A stretch of DNA of 64,000 nt. Origin: Spirochaetia bacterium. GTDB lineage: Bacteria; Spirochaetota; Leptospiria; Turneriellales; JAOUOS01. The notes below the pieces were generated by a model that saw only the letters and a list, made by a program, of their open reading frames with translations, did no database searches and was not told where the DNA came from. The translations under genes were made by a program, and so were the position numbers. The first letter of the stretch is position 1. Each line of letters opens with the position of its first letter. This document shows positions 19,447 to 27,708 of this stretch, one piece after another. The DNA is taken from NCBI GenBank assembly GCA_029880265.1, contig JAOUOT010000002.1:117353-181352 (forward strand). Direction: 5' to 3'.

Positions 19447-20412
19447 CTATAATATTGGGAAATACCGTTGAATAATTTGAATGAAGCAGATTTTTTGACT
19501 TGGGCCGCGGGGAAATATTTCTTTTTCATATTTATTAAACATCCCTTTCAATATTTTTTCTGTATATTCTTTTGTATCTTTTTCAAATTTTTCATTTAAA
19601 GACTTATATGTATCGGGTAAATTAAATTCTTTATGATATATATCATAATCGCTGTAACTCATATTATCTAAGCCATACTTAATCTGTTTATGCGAAATTG
19701 CAATAGGCTTTTCAGTCAAGGCCTCGCCAATAGGAAGAGCATAGTTTAAATTTTCATTGGATGATTTCATGCACACAATACCGATAACTTTTCCGTTTTT
19801 ATTCAACAAAGGACCGCCGCTGTTTCCCGGAGAGGCGGCCGCTGAAAATCGTATCCACTTCCATTCACCGTTTTCTTGTTCGGGCGTATTCGACGTATAC
19901 AAGCCGTCTCTAATAACAATTCCCTCTCCTAAGGCGTTGCCTACGGCATAAACTTTTTCATTTAGTACGGGATTTTTATCAATGCTTAAAAATTTCGCCG
20001 CTTTCTTATTTTTCAGATTAAAAACTACGAAATCTCTATGATCAGAATAATTTAATATATTATCTATTTCAAAGACGTTCCCTTTTTTATCTCTTATAAA
20101 GACTTCGCGATATTGGCTTCCGTCGCCTATCGGCATAACATGAGCCGCAGAAACATATTTGTTAGATTCTATCGCAAACGCGCTGCCGATAGAGATATAT
20201 TTATCGTTTCGAACAGCGTAAGGAATTAAATGCATTGGAAGTTCTTTTTCATAGGTAACGTCAATAGGTTCGTTCTTCTTTACAATAACTTCATATACGG
20301 CTTCATTGATAGTTTCAATTGTTAACGACGATAAGCCGTTACCTGTCTCTTGAGCCGCAATATTATAAATAGATATTAATAATAACCCGTTTATTAATAT
20401 AAACTTCTTCAT
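19447..20412 (-). CDS. secreted trypsin-like (S1/chymotrypsin fold) serine protease
   Basis: Signal peptide (ILINGLLLISIYNIAAQ). His motif SAAHV, Asp in DFVVF, and Ser motif GNSGGPLLN give the catalytic triad in the order typical of S1-family proteases. Confidence 0.8.
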   Translation of the reverse strand: MKKFILINGLLLISIYNIAAQETGNGLSSLTIETINEAVYEVIVKKNEPIDVTYEKELPMHLIPYAVRNDKYISIGSAFAIESNKYVSAAHVMPIGDGSQYREVFIRDKKGNVFEIDNILNYSDHRDFVVFNLKNKKAAKFLSIDKNPVLNEKVYAVGNALGEGIVIRDGLYTSNTPEQENGEWKWIRFSAAASPGNSGGPLLNKNGKVIGIVCMKSSNENLNYALPIGEALTEKPIAISHKQIKYGLDNMSYSDYDIYHKEFNLPDTYKSLNEKFEKDTKEYTEKILKGMFNKYEKEIFPRGPSQKICFIQIIQRYFPIL

Positions 20413-20557
20413 ATTTTTTACTTTCCTTTCGTAATTTTCAATTATATAAATAAATATGAATCATATACGTCAAGTCATTATTAAAACAAGACAGGCGCAA
20501 TGAGGCGGTTACGAATTGCCAACTCTGTTGATTTTGTAGTCTTAAGATAAAGATTTT

Positions 20558-21052
20558 TTATACTTGTTCGCCGCCGATATAGTTTTTACTTCTCTCTATC
20601 GATTGAAGAGCTAAATATTGAATGCCGTACCTTTCAAGATTTGCATATTCATCGTCATATTGACTAAAATGCCTTTCTTCGTCAAGCACCAGCTCTTCAA
20701 AAATCTTTTTAGATACAGAATCTGCGTTTTGTGAACATTCATTGGCACATTGGTTATAATCTTTCATACTTTCTTCTTCCATCTGTTTTGCGGTTTCTAA
20801 CATTTTTTTAACGTCTTGTATTTTTGTTATATCGCCGTTTGTCTTCATTTCGACATCGCCCTTTAAAAACAGTATTCTTTCGGCAATTTTTTCAACATGC
20901 ATCATTTCTTCTATAGCGGTTTTTCTAAACAAACCTGCCAATAAATCAAAACCCTGATCGTCACAGTGAAAATGAAAATACATATACTGGTGTACCGCAA
21001 AAAGCTCATCTGCCACGGCCTTATTTAATAGTTCAATGCTTTTTTTATACAT
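20558..21052 (-). CDS. bfr: bacterioferritin-family protein
   Basis: 164 aa. It aligns by eye with E. coli Bfr: LLNKAVADELFAVHQYMYFH, AIEEMMHVEKIAERILFLKG (including a Met at the haem-ligand position), and LVLDEERHFSQY. Confidence 0.8.
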   Translation of the reverse strand: MYKKSIELLNKAVADELFAVHQYMYFHFHCDDQGFDLLAGLFRKTAIEEMMHVEKIAERILFLKGDVEMKTNGDITKIQDVKKMLETAKQMEEESMKDYNQCANECSQNADSVSKKIFEELVLDEERHFSQYDDEYANLERYGIQYLALQSIERSKNYIGGEQV

Positions 21053-21156
21053 TTTTAACTCCTATAATGTTCATTTGCTAATAATTCATATAATATTTAC
21101 TAAAGACATAGAGCAAACTACTTTTATTTTTTTTAATATAAAATAATAAAAAAAAA

Positions 21157-21185
21157 TTGCCATTATTTTATATTTAGCATATAAT
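21157..21185 (+). promoter_or_regulatory. sigma70-type promoter of the TetR operon
   Basis: The -35 TTGCCA (21157-21162), a 17-bp spacer and the -10 TATAAT (21180-21185) were read directly. Confidence 0.55.
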
Positions 21186-21210
21186 GTTAGTTAGTATTAA
21201 CTAACATTAT
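21181..21210. promoter_or_regulatory. palindromic operator (13-bp perfect arms, 4-bp spacer), presumed TetR binding site
   Basis: ataatgttagtta-gtat-taactaacattat. The arms are exact reverse complements. The site overlaps the -10 element and ends 6 nt before the TetR ATG. Confidence 0.65.
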
Positions 21211-21216
21211 CAGACT

Positions 21217-21789
21217 ATGAATAAAGTATCAAGAAAAGAATCTATAATAAATGCCGCCATTGCAGTTTTAGGAGAAAAAGGAGCTCCCCATTTGACTATG
21301 CTTGAAATTGCCGATAAAGCCGGAATTACCGACGCCGCTATCTACAGACATTTTAAAAATAAAACAGATCTTCTAACGTCTATAGTAAAGAAAATCTCTT
21401 CTTCATTAACGACAATAACAAGCGCAGATTCCGGCGAGACCCCTGAAAAGAGACTAAAAAACATCTTAAATAAACAACTTGAACTTATCGAAAGAAATCC
21501 GGGAATTCCAAGAATATTATTTTCAGATTACCTTCATATACATGACGCATCATTGAAAAAAATGATGTTAGATACGGTTCAAAGCTATATGAATAAAATC
21601 GAGGCGATTTTTCAAGAGGCTGTTGTTAAAGAAATTTTTCGTCAAGATTTAAATTCAAAAGCCGCTTCTTATGTTTTTTTAGGGCTCATTCAATCAAACG
21701 CCATTATCTGGTCGTTATCAGACTTTTCGTTTTCGCTTTCAGATAAATCAGAAGATCTCTGGGAAGCAGCTTTAAAAGGACTAAAATAA
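21217..21789 (+). CDS. TetR/AcrR-family transcriptional regulator
   Basis: 190 aa. The N-terminal HTH reads IINAAIAVLGEKGAPHLTMLEIADKAGITDAAIYRHFKNKTDLL, typical of TetR_N. Confidence 0.85.
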   Translation: MNKVSRKESIINAAIAVLGEKGAPHLTMLEIADKAGITDAAIYRHFKNKTDLLTSIVKKISSSLTTITSADSGETPEKRLKNILNKQLELIERNPGIPRILFSDYLHIHDASLKKMMLDTVQSYMNKIEAIFQEAVVKEIFRQDLNSKAASYVFLGLIQSNAIIWSLSDFSFSLSDKSEDLWEAALKGLK

Positions 21790-21807
21790 TTAGAATAGGA
21801 GAAAACA

Positions 21808-22272
21808 ATGAAAAACAACAAGAAAAAAATGATTTTAGGCATAGGAGTTCTGCTTCTTATTGCAGCCCTTCTTTTGACAATACATCATCTTCATTCGGGA
21901 CATGAGCACAGCGAACATGAACACGGAGAAGTTTCGACCGAGATGACGCTTAACAATGGCGAGAAATGGAAAGCAGATATTCAGACAAAAAGATTTGTTA
22001 TGGCTATGATCCATTTTGTCGAGAAAGTTTCGGTCAAAGAGAATTTGACAAAAGCTGAATATATAGACGCGGGCGAGACTCTTAAGGGCAGTTTCAACTC
22101 TATCATTGCCAATTGCACCATGGAAGGGCAGGCTCATGATGAACTGCACAAATTTCTTATGAAGCTAAGCCCTAATATTGAAGAGCTTAGAAAGGGAAAC
22201 TTAGAAACCGCAAAGCATGCTTTAGAAGAAAGCAAGAATACTCTTAAGCTGTTTCAAAATTATTTCAAATAA
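21808..22272 (+). CDS. membrane-anchored His-rich protein (putative metal-binding)
   Basis: 154 aa. An N-terminal TM is followed by the cluster HHLHSGHEHSEHEHGE. It starts 18 nt after the TetR stop and has its own AGGAG RBS. Confidence 0.5.
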   Translation: MKNNKKKMILGIGVLLLIAALLLTIHHLHSGHEHSEHEHGEVSTEMTLNNGEKWKADIQTKRFVMAMIHFVEKVSVKENLTKAEYIDAGETLKGSFNSIIANCTMEGQAHDELHKFLMKLSPNIEELRKGNLETAKHALEESKNTLKLFQNYFK

Positions 22273-22292
22273 AACCATACTCGCTTGTTTTC

Positions 22293-22337
22293 GGAGTTTA
22301 GTATAAATAAACAGTATTTATACTAAACTCCTTTTTT
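22293..22337 (+). terminator. rho-independent terminator of the TetR/His-rich operon
   Basis: A perfect 17-bp stem (ggagtttagtataaata / tatttatactaaactcc) with a 5-nt loop is followed by T6. Confidence 0.8.
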
Positions 22338-22463
22338 ATTTATGCATAATTATATCTTTTTCTTTGCGGGAAAATCATTTTATAATAAACGTTTATTCAT
22401 GAAAATTGATAAAATAAGCCACTTTAGGTTGACGCTATGAATTAAGATATTTCTGCTATTCTT

Positions 22464-25157
22464 ATGAAAAAATATAAAAATAAATTAATCTTATTACTGG
22501 CGGCTTTATTTATAATTTTTTTACCGCTCTCTTCAGAAATAGCCGGTTTTCTGGTTGATAAAAAATGGTTTTCGGCCGTGGGATATTCAGAAGTTTTTTG
22601 GACAACGCTTACCTCAAAAGGTTATGTATTTATTACTTTTTTTCTTATCTTCTTAATTTTATTAAAGATAAACTACCGCGTTGCCTGGAGACTTAGCGGT
22701 CAAAAGACGCTCAATAATGTGGCAGGCTTTCAAATTCCAGGCGAAAAGTTTATTCACATTATCGCCTCATTGCTGATTCTTATTTTTTCATTTCTGGCAG
22801 CCTCGGCGGCTTTGCCAAAATGGCAGACTGTTTTAGAATTTATTTACGGTGAAAAATTTAATATAAAAGACCCTATTTTTAATAATGATTTAAGTTTTTA
22901 TTTTTTTAGCGTTCCTTTTTTTGAAAGCATCAAAAACTGGCTTTTTGCTTTTTTTATATTGGCCGCTATTATGGCCGCTTTGGTTTATATAATTACCGGC
23001 GCGGTACAATGGGTGCGCGGATGGAAGCACGGTTTTTCAATTCCGGCGAGAATGCATTTAAGCGTTCTTTTGGCGGGGTTTACTCTTGTTCTTTCTTTTG
23101 GTTATTGGATTGAAAAATACAGCCTTCTTTATTCGGCTTCGGGAGTGGTTTACGGAGCCGGCTATACAGACGCTCATGCGAGAGTCTTTTCATATAATTT
23201 CATGATTTTTGCCGCCTTAACGGCTTTTTGCGTCGTCATTATATCTTTATTTAGAAAAACGTTTTTATTATTAATTTCAGCCGCCGTTCTTCTTTTTGGT
23301 TCCCTTCTTATCATCCACTGGATATATCCCGCTTTTCAAGAGAAATTTGTCGTTGGGCCCAATGAACTTGAAAAAGAAAAGCCTTATATTGAGCATAATA
23401 TTAAATATACTAAAATGGCATATAATCTTTCAGACATACAAACTAAAAAATTTTCAGGAACCGGAGAACTAACGCGCAGCGACCTGATAGAAAATAAAAC
23501 AACCATCGATAATATCAGGCTTTGGGATTGGCGTCCGCTATTAAACACATACAAGCAAATTCAGGAAATTCGTCTTTACTATAAATTTAACGATGTTGAT
23601 ATAGACAGATATTTAATAAACGGCGAATATCGACAAGTCATGGTCGCCGCAAGAGAACTGGCCTTTGAACAGGTACCCGAACAGGCTAAAACATGGGTAA
23701 ACCAGCGTTTAAAATATACTCACGGCTACGGCATTGTAATGAGTCCGGTAAATCAGGTTACCGAACAGGGAATGCCCGAACTTTTTATCAAAGACATTCC
23801 TCCTATTTCAGAAATAGATATTAAAATTAATCGACCCGAAATTTACTATGGAGAAGAAACAAATCATTATATTTTTACCGGAACCTCGACTGAAGAGTTC
23901 GACTATCCCGTTGGCGGAAGCAACAAATTCACGAAATATACGGGCAAAGGGGGGGTTGCGATACCTTCTTTTTTTGACAGACTTTTGTTTGCCTATCATT
24001 TTCGAAGTATGAAAATCTTAATTTCTGAATATTTCACCGAAAACAGCAAAATCTTATACAAAAGGAACATATTAAAAAGAATAAAAGAAATTGCTCCTTT
24101 TTTAATATATGATCAAGACCCTTATCTTGTTATTTCTGACGGTAAATTAATTTGGGTTATCGACGCTTACACCACGGGAACCAAATATCCCTACGCTGAA
24201 CCTATTCCTAAATCTGATATTAATTATATTAGAAATTCAGTAAAGGTAACTATTGACGCCTATCATGGCGACGTCATTTTTTACGCTTTAGACGAAAATG
24301 ACCCTGTGTTAAAAACATATGTGAAAATATTTCCGACTTTGTTTCAACGGGCCGATAAAATTCCCGAAGATATAAAAAATCATTTTCGATATCCCTTAGA
24401 TTTATTCAAGGTACAGGCACATATGTATGCCAAATATCATATGAATGATTCGGGCGTATTCTATAATAAAGAAGACCTATGGCGGGTTCCGACAGAAATT
24501 TATGATTCTAAAGAACAAGAAATGCAGCCCTATTATGTTATCATGAAACTTCCTGAGAAACAGAAAGAAGAGTTCTTGCTGATTCAGCCTTTCACTCCGG
24601 TAAATAAAAACAATATGGTAGCGTGGATGGCGGCCCAATCTGACAAAGAAAATTATGGTAAGCTGATTGTTTATGAGTTTCCCAAAAAAGAGCTTATTTA
24701 CGGCCCTATGCAAATTGAGGCTAGAATAGATCAGGCCCCCGCCATATCTGAACTTTTAACCCTATGGAGCCAAAAAGGCTCAAGCGTAATTAGAGGGAAC
24801 TTAATGGTTATTCCCATAAAAGACGCCCTGCTTTACATTGAACCGCTTTATTTAAAGGCGGAACAGGGAGAAATGCCTGAGCTTAAAAGAGTAATAGCCG
24901 CCCATGGCAATAAAATTGTTATGAAAGAAAACTTAAAATTGGCTCTAGAGGCTATCTTTGGCAGACCCTCATCTCAAGATATCGTAGACGATCCCGGCCT
25001 AGAAGCAAGTCTTAAATCATTGATAGAAACCGCCAATAAATTATTCAATGAAGGCCAAAAAAGTCTAAAACAAGGCGATTGGAACGCTTACGGAGCGGCG
25101 CAAAAACAATTACAAATTATGCTTGAAAAACTTCAAGACAAAGCCGCGAAAAATTAA
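22464..25157 (+). CDS. UPF0182-family large membrane protein
   Basis: 897 aa. The N-terminal ~290 aa holds about 7 TM segments and begins ...FLVDKKWFSAVGYSEVFWT. A large soluble domain follows with YTHGYGIVMSPVN, LIWVIDAYTT and LYIEPLYLKAEQGEMPELKRV, strings I associate with the UPF0182 family. Confidence 0.7.
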   Translation: MKKYKNKLILLLAALFIIFLPLSSEIAGFLVDKKWFSAVGYSEVFWTTLTSKGYVFITFFLIFLILLKINYRVAWRLSGQKTLNNVAGFQIPGEKFIHIIASLLILIFSFLAASAALPKWQTVLEFIYGEKFNIKDPIFNNDLSFYFFSVPFFESIKNWLFAFFILAAIMAALVYIITGAVQWVRGWKHGFSIPARMHLSVLLAGFTLVLSFGYWIEKYSLLYSASGVVYGAGYTDAHARVFSYNFMIFAALTAFCVVIISLFRKTFLLLISAAVLLFGSLLIIHWIYPAFQEKFVVGPNELEKEKPYIEHNIKYTKMAYNLSDIQTKKFSGTGELTRSDLIENKTTIDNIRLWDWRPLLNTYKQIQEIRLYYKFNDVDIDRYLINGEYRQVMVAARELAFEQVPEQAKTWVNQRLKYTHGYGIVMSPVNQVTEQGMPELFIKDIPPISEIDIKINRPEIYYGEETNHYIFTGTSTEEFDYPVGGSNKFTKYTGKGGVAIPSFFDRLLFAYHFRSMKILISEYFTENSKILYKRNILKRIKEIAPFLIYDQDPYLVISDGKLIWVIDAYTTGTKYPYAEPIPKSDINYIRNSVKVTIDAYHGDVIFYALDENDPVLKTYVKIFPTLFQRADKIPEDIKNHFRYPLDLFKVQAHMYAKYHMNDSGVFYNKEDLWRVPTEIYDSKEQEMQPYYVIMKLPEKQKEEFLLIQPFTPVNKNNMVAWMAAQSDKENYGKLIVYEFPKKELIYGPMQIEARIDQAPAISELLTLWSQKGSSVIRGNLMVIPIKDALLYIEPLYLKAEQGEMPELKRVIAAHGNKIVMKENLKLALEAIFGRPSSQDIVDDPGLEASLKSLIETANKLFNEGQKSLKQGDWNAYGAAQKQLQIMLEKLQDKAAKN

Positions 25158-25161
25158 ATTT

Positions 25162-25674
25162 TTATTCTTCAGGTCTTTTGAAAATTTCTGAATAAATAAA
25201 CGCTTTTTGTGTTGTATTGTAATTTTTTTCAATAAAATCAAATATATGTTTTTTAGTTTTATTATCTTTATTTAAAGATTTTTTTTCATTAGACAACAAA
25301 TTGTCAACTTTATCAACGATTTCTTTTTTGGCGCTTTTTACGAATTTTATATTTTCAACATCTATTAAGGTCTTTTTATGACCGCCATTATTAAAATCGG
25401 CGTCATCATAATTTTTTTCAAATTGATCTTCTAAATAGTCTTCATATTTTTTCTCTTCAGATTCATAATCAATATATTCGTTTTCATTAAGCTCTTCATC
25501 AAGATCATCATCAGGACGATATGACTCCGAAAAATCTTCAGGTTTTTTTTGGTTAAATTCTTCTTTGTATTTGTCTAAAAATTTTTTAATAAAACTGATA
25601 AAATAAAAAAATAATATTATCCACCAAATATTCTTAAAGATAAATCTAATTACATCATTAATTTCTATTTGCAT
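25162..25674 (-). CDS. hypothetical membrane-anchored acidic protein
   Basis: 170-aa ORF with one N-terminal TM (IWWIILFFYFISFI) and an acidic low-complexity middle. It lies downstream of floA on the same strand. Confidence 0.4.
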   Translation of the reverse strand: MQIEINDVIRFIFKNIWWIILFFYFISFIKKFLDKYKEEFNQKKPEDFSESYRPDDDLDEELNENEYIDYESEEKKYEDYLEDQFEKNYDDADFNNGGHKKTLIDVENIKFVKSAKKEIVDKVDNLLSNEKKSLNKDNKTKKHIFDFIEKNYNTTQKAFIYSEIFKRPEE

Positions 25675-25714
25675 TTAGAATTTTTCATTTGCTCTTTCTA
25701 AAATAAAGAGAATT

Positions 25715-26686
25715 CTACTTTTCTTCTTTATCTGATATTGATTCCCGCATATTGGTATCGGCTTGTATATTTTTTAGACGATAATAATCCATGATTCCCA
25801 GATTTCCGGTTTCAAAAGCTTTGGCAATCGATAAGGGTATTCTCGCTTCGGCTTCTCTTAATTTTGCTTCCATCTCGGTTACCAAAGCTTTATTCTCCTG
25901 TTCTTTGGCCACGGCCATCACTCTTTTTTCTTCAGCTTTGGCCTGGGCCACTGTCTTATCGGTTTCTGCCTGATCTGCCTGAAGCTTGGCGCCGATATTT
26001 TCTCCTACGTCTACGTCTGCGATATCAATCGATAATATTTCAAAAGCCGTGCCGGCATCCAGACCTCTTTTTAATACCGCTTTTGAAATTAAATCGGGAT
26101 TTTCAAGAACGTCTTTATATTTTAATGCAGAGCCTATACTGCTTACAATGCCCTCGCCTACTCTGGCAATAATAGTCTCTTCTGTCGCGCCGCCTACAAG
26201 CCTGTCTAAGTCAGTTCTCACCGTAACCCTAGAGATTGCTTTTAACTGTATACCGTCTTTAGCGACAGCCGACACCATGGGGGTACTTATGACTTTGGGT
26301 AAAACAGACATTCTAACGGCTTCGAGTACGTCTCTTCCGGCAAGATCAATTGCGGCGGCTCTCTCAAAATTTAGTTCAATTTTAGCTTTATCGGCGGCTA
26401 TCAAAGCGGTTACTACTCTATTAACATGTCCTCCGGCAAGATAATGGCTCTCAAGTTGATCGCGCTTCAGCGCTATACCCGCTTTTGTTCCCGCAATTAA
26501 GGGTTCGACGATTTCACGCGGTGGTATTTTTCTCAGTTTCATCGCAATCAATGAAAATATATTGATAAAAACCCCGCTGGCCAAAGCTGAAATCCAAAGG
26601 CCAAAGGGTACAAAATAGAAAAATATTCCCGCGCCTAATACAGACACTATAATTATAAAAACTGGTGTTATTGTCATAATAACCAC
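25715..26686 (-). CDS. floA: flotillin-like protein FloA (UPF0365/YqfA family, SPFH domain)
   Basis: Near-colinear by eye with B. subtilis YqfA: [63 protein letters not shown], and [16 protein letters not shown]. Confidence 0.9.
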   Translation of the reverse strand: MVIMTITPVFIIIVSVLGAGIFFYFVPFGLWISALASGVFINIFSLIAMKLRKIPPREIVEPLIAGTKAGIALKRDQLESHYLAGGHVNRVVTALIAADKAKIELNFERAAAIDLAGRDVLEAVRMSVLPKVISTPMVSAVAKDGIQLKAISRVTVRTDLDRLVGGATEETIIARVGEGIVSSIGSALKYKDVLENPDLISKAVLKRGLDAGTAFEILSIDIADVDVGENIGAKLQADQAETDKTVAQAKAEEKRVMAVAKEQENKALVTEMEAKLREAEARIPLSIAKAFETGNLGIMDYYRLKNIQADTNMRESISDKEEK

Positions 26687-26874
26687 TATATAAAACCCGA
26701 ATGAAACGGCAATGTTTTTACAAAAATTATGATTGTCGCCTTGTTTTATAAAGATTTTTTGTTATTACAACTATTAACTCTTAACATAATAAATGGACAA
26801 GGTTACGAATTAGTTATAAAATAATAATTTAGATAAAAAATATAATAAATAAATTATCATAAGGGGTTATTAAA

Positions 26875-27105
26875 ATGCAAAAATTAATTGCAAATCTTAA
26901 TGAAGCTATAGAATTTCTCAAAGTTCTTTTAAAAACATTATTATACCTTATACCGGTCGCCTATCTATTAAATTTATTTTTAGGAAAAAAATTTGAGTTC
27001 CTTAATGAATTAGGAAGCGAAATTAAATCTCTACTTAAACTCGGGTCGTCTTCTATTGAGCTTCTTATCGCATTAATTTTATTGACTTATGTTGTTAAAA
27101 AGTAA
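26875..27105 (+). CDS. small hypothetical membrane protein
   Basis: 76-aa ORF with two hydrophobic segments. An AAGGGG SD-like element lies ~9 nt upstream. Confidence 0.35.
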   Translation: MQKLIANLNEAIEFLKVLLKTLLYLIPVAYLLNLFLGKKFEFLNELGSEIKSLLKLGSSSIELLIALILLTYVVKK

Positions 27106-27205
27106 TTTTTATATAATGAATAAGGTATTTTTTTAGTAATTTTTATAAATTTTTTAAACTAATTTGTTTTTTTATGTCGCAAAAAAGATATTATTTGCGT
27201 ATAAT

Positions 27206-27308
27206 ATATATGTGATGAGGTTAAGAGAGCTTCTCTTACCTTTGCCACCTTAAATAGCCTCCAATATCCCCTTTTTTTCCCGCCCCCTTGCCGGGGCGGG
27301 TTTTTTTT
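27206..27308 (+). ncRNA. candidate small RNA (orphan promoter to strong terminator)
   Basis: A TATAAT at 27200-27205 has no gene after it. A bulged 10-bp hairpin (27217-27240), a CU-rich single-stranded stretch (gccaccttaaatagcctccaatatcccc) and a GC-rich terminator follow. The only ORF inside is 12 codons. Confidence 0.25.
27279..27308 (+). terminator. strong rho-independent terminator
   Basis: An 8-bp all-G/C stem (cccgcccc / ggggcggg) with a 6-nt loop is followed by T8. Confidence 0.85.
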
Positions 27309-27313
27309 AAGAA

Positions 27314-27703
27314 CTATGTACCAGGGAAAAAAGAAGCATAAAATTTAGGGCCTTCCCATACCCGAATTTCGCTTAGAATCGTATTTTCTGGCAGCTTTTC
27401 TGTTATTTTTCTATAAATATATTTGGCTATATTTTCTGACGTAGGATTTTCTTTTTTAAAATAGTCTATATCATTTAAGCATTTATGATCTAAATAATCT
27501 ACAATTTTTTCAAGTTCTTTATGAACCGTATAATAATCTATACTAATTCCGTTTGATAACTTTTTTGATAAGCAAAACACTTCTGCCTTAAACGTATGAC
27601 CATGTAGCTCTTCATTGCGACCGTCAGAATAGTAATTGTATAAATAATGAGCGCTCTCAAAAATACCCTCTACTCTAATTTGGTACGATTCTTCAGATTT
27701 CAT
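27314..27703 (-). CDS. queD: 6-carboxy-5,6,7,8-tetrahydropterin synthase
   Basis: 129 aa. The HGHTFKAEV motif (HGH.y..ev) and the overall PTPS/QueD length and pattern are present. It lies 5 nt downstream of argS. Confidence 0.85.
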   Translation of the reverse strand: MKSEESYQIRVEGIFESAHYLYNYYSDGRNEELHGHTFKAEVFCLSKKLSNGISIDYYTVHKELEKIVDYLDHKCLNDIDYFKKENPTSENIAKYIYRKITEKLPENTILSEIRVWEGPKFYASFFPGT

Positions 27704-27708
27704 GTTCC

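Noticed and set aside
19347-19529. 60-aa ORF in the third frame across the protease junction
   Set aside because: It is highly basic and overlaps both flanking ORFs. Its existence is a by-product of the same region; the homopolymer frameshift explanation accounts for the locus without it.
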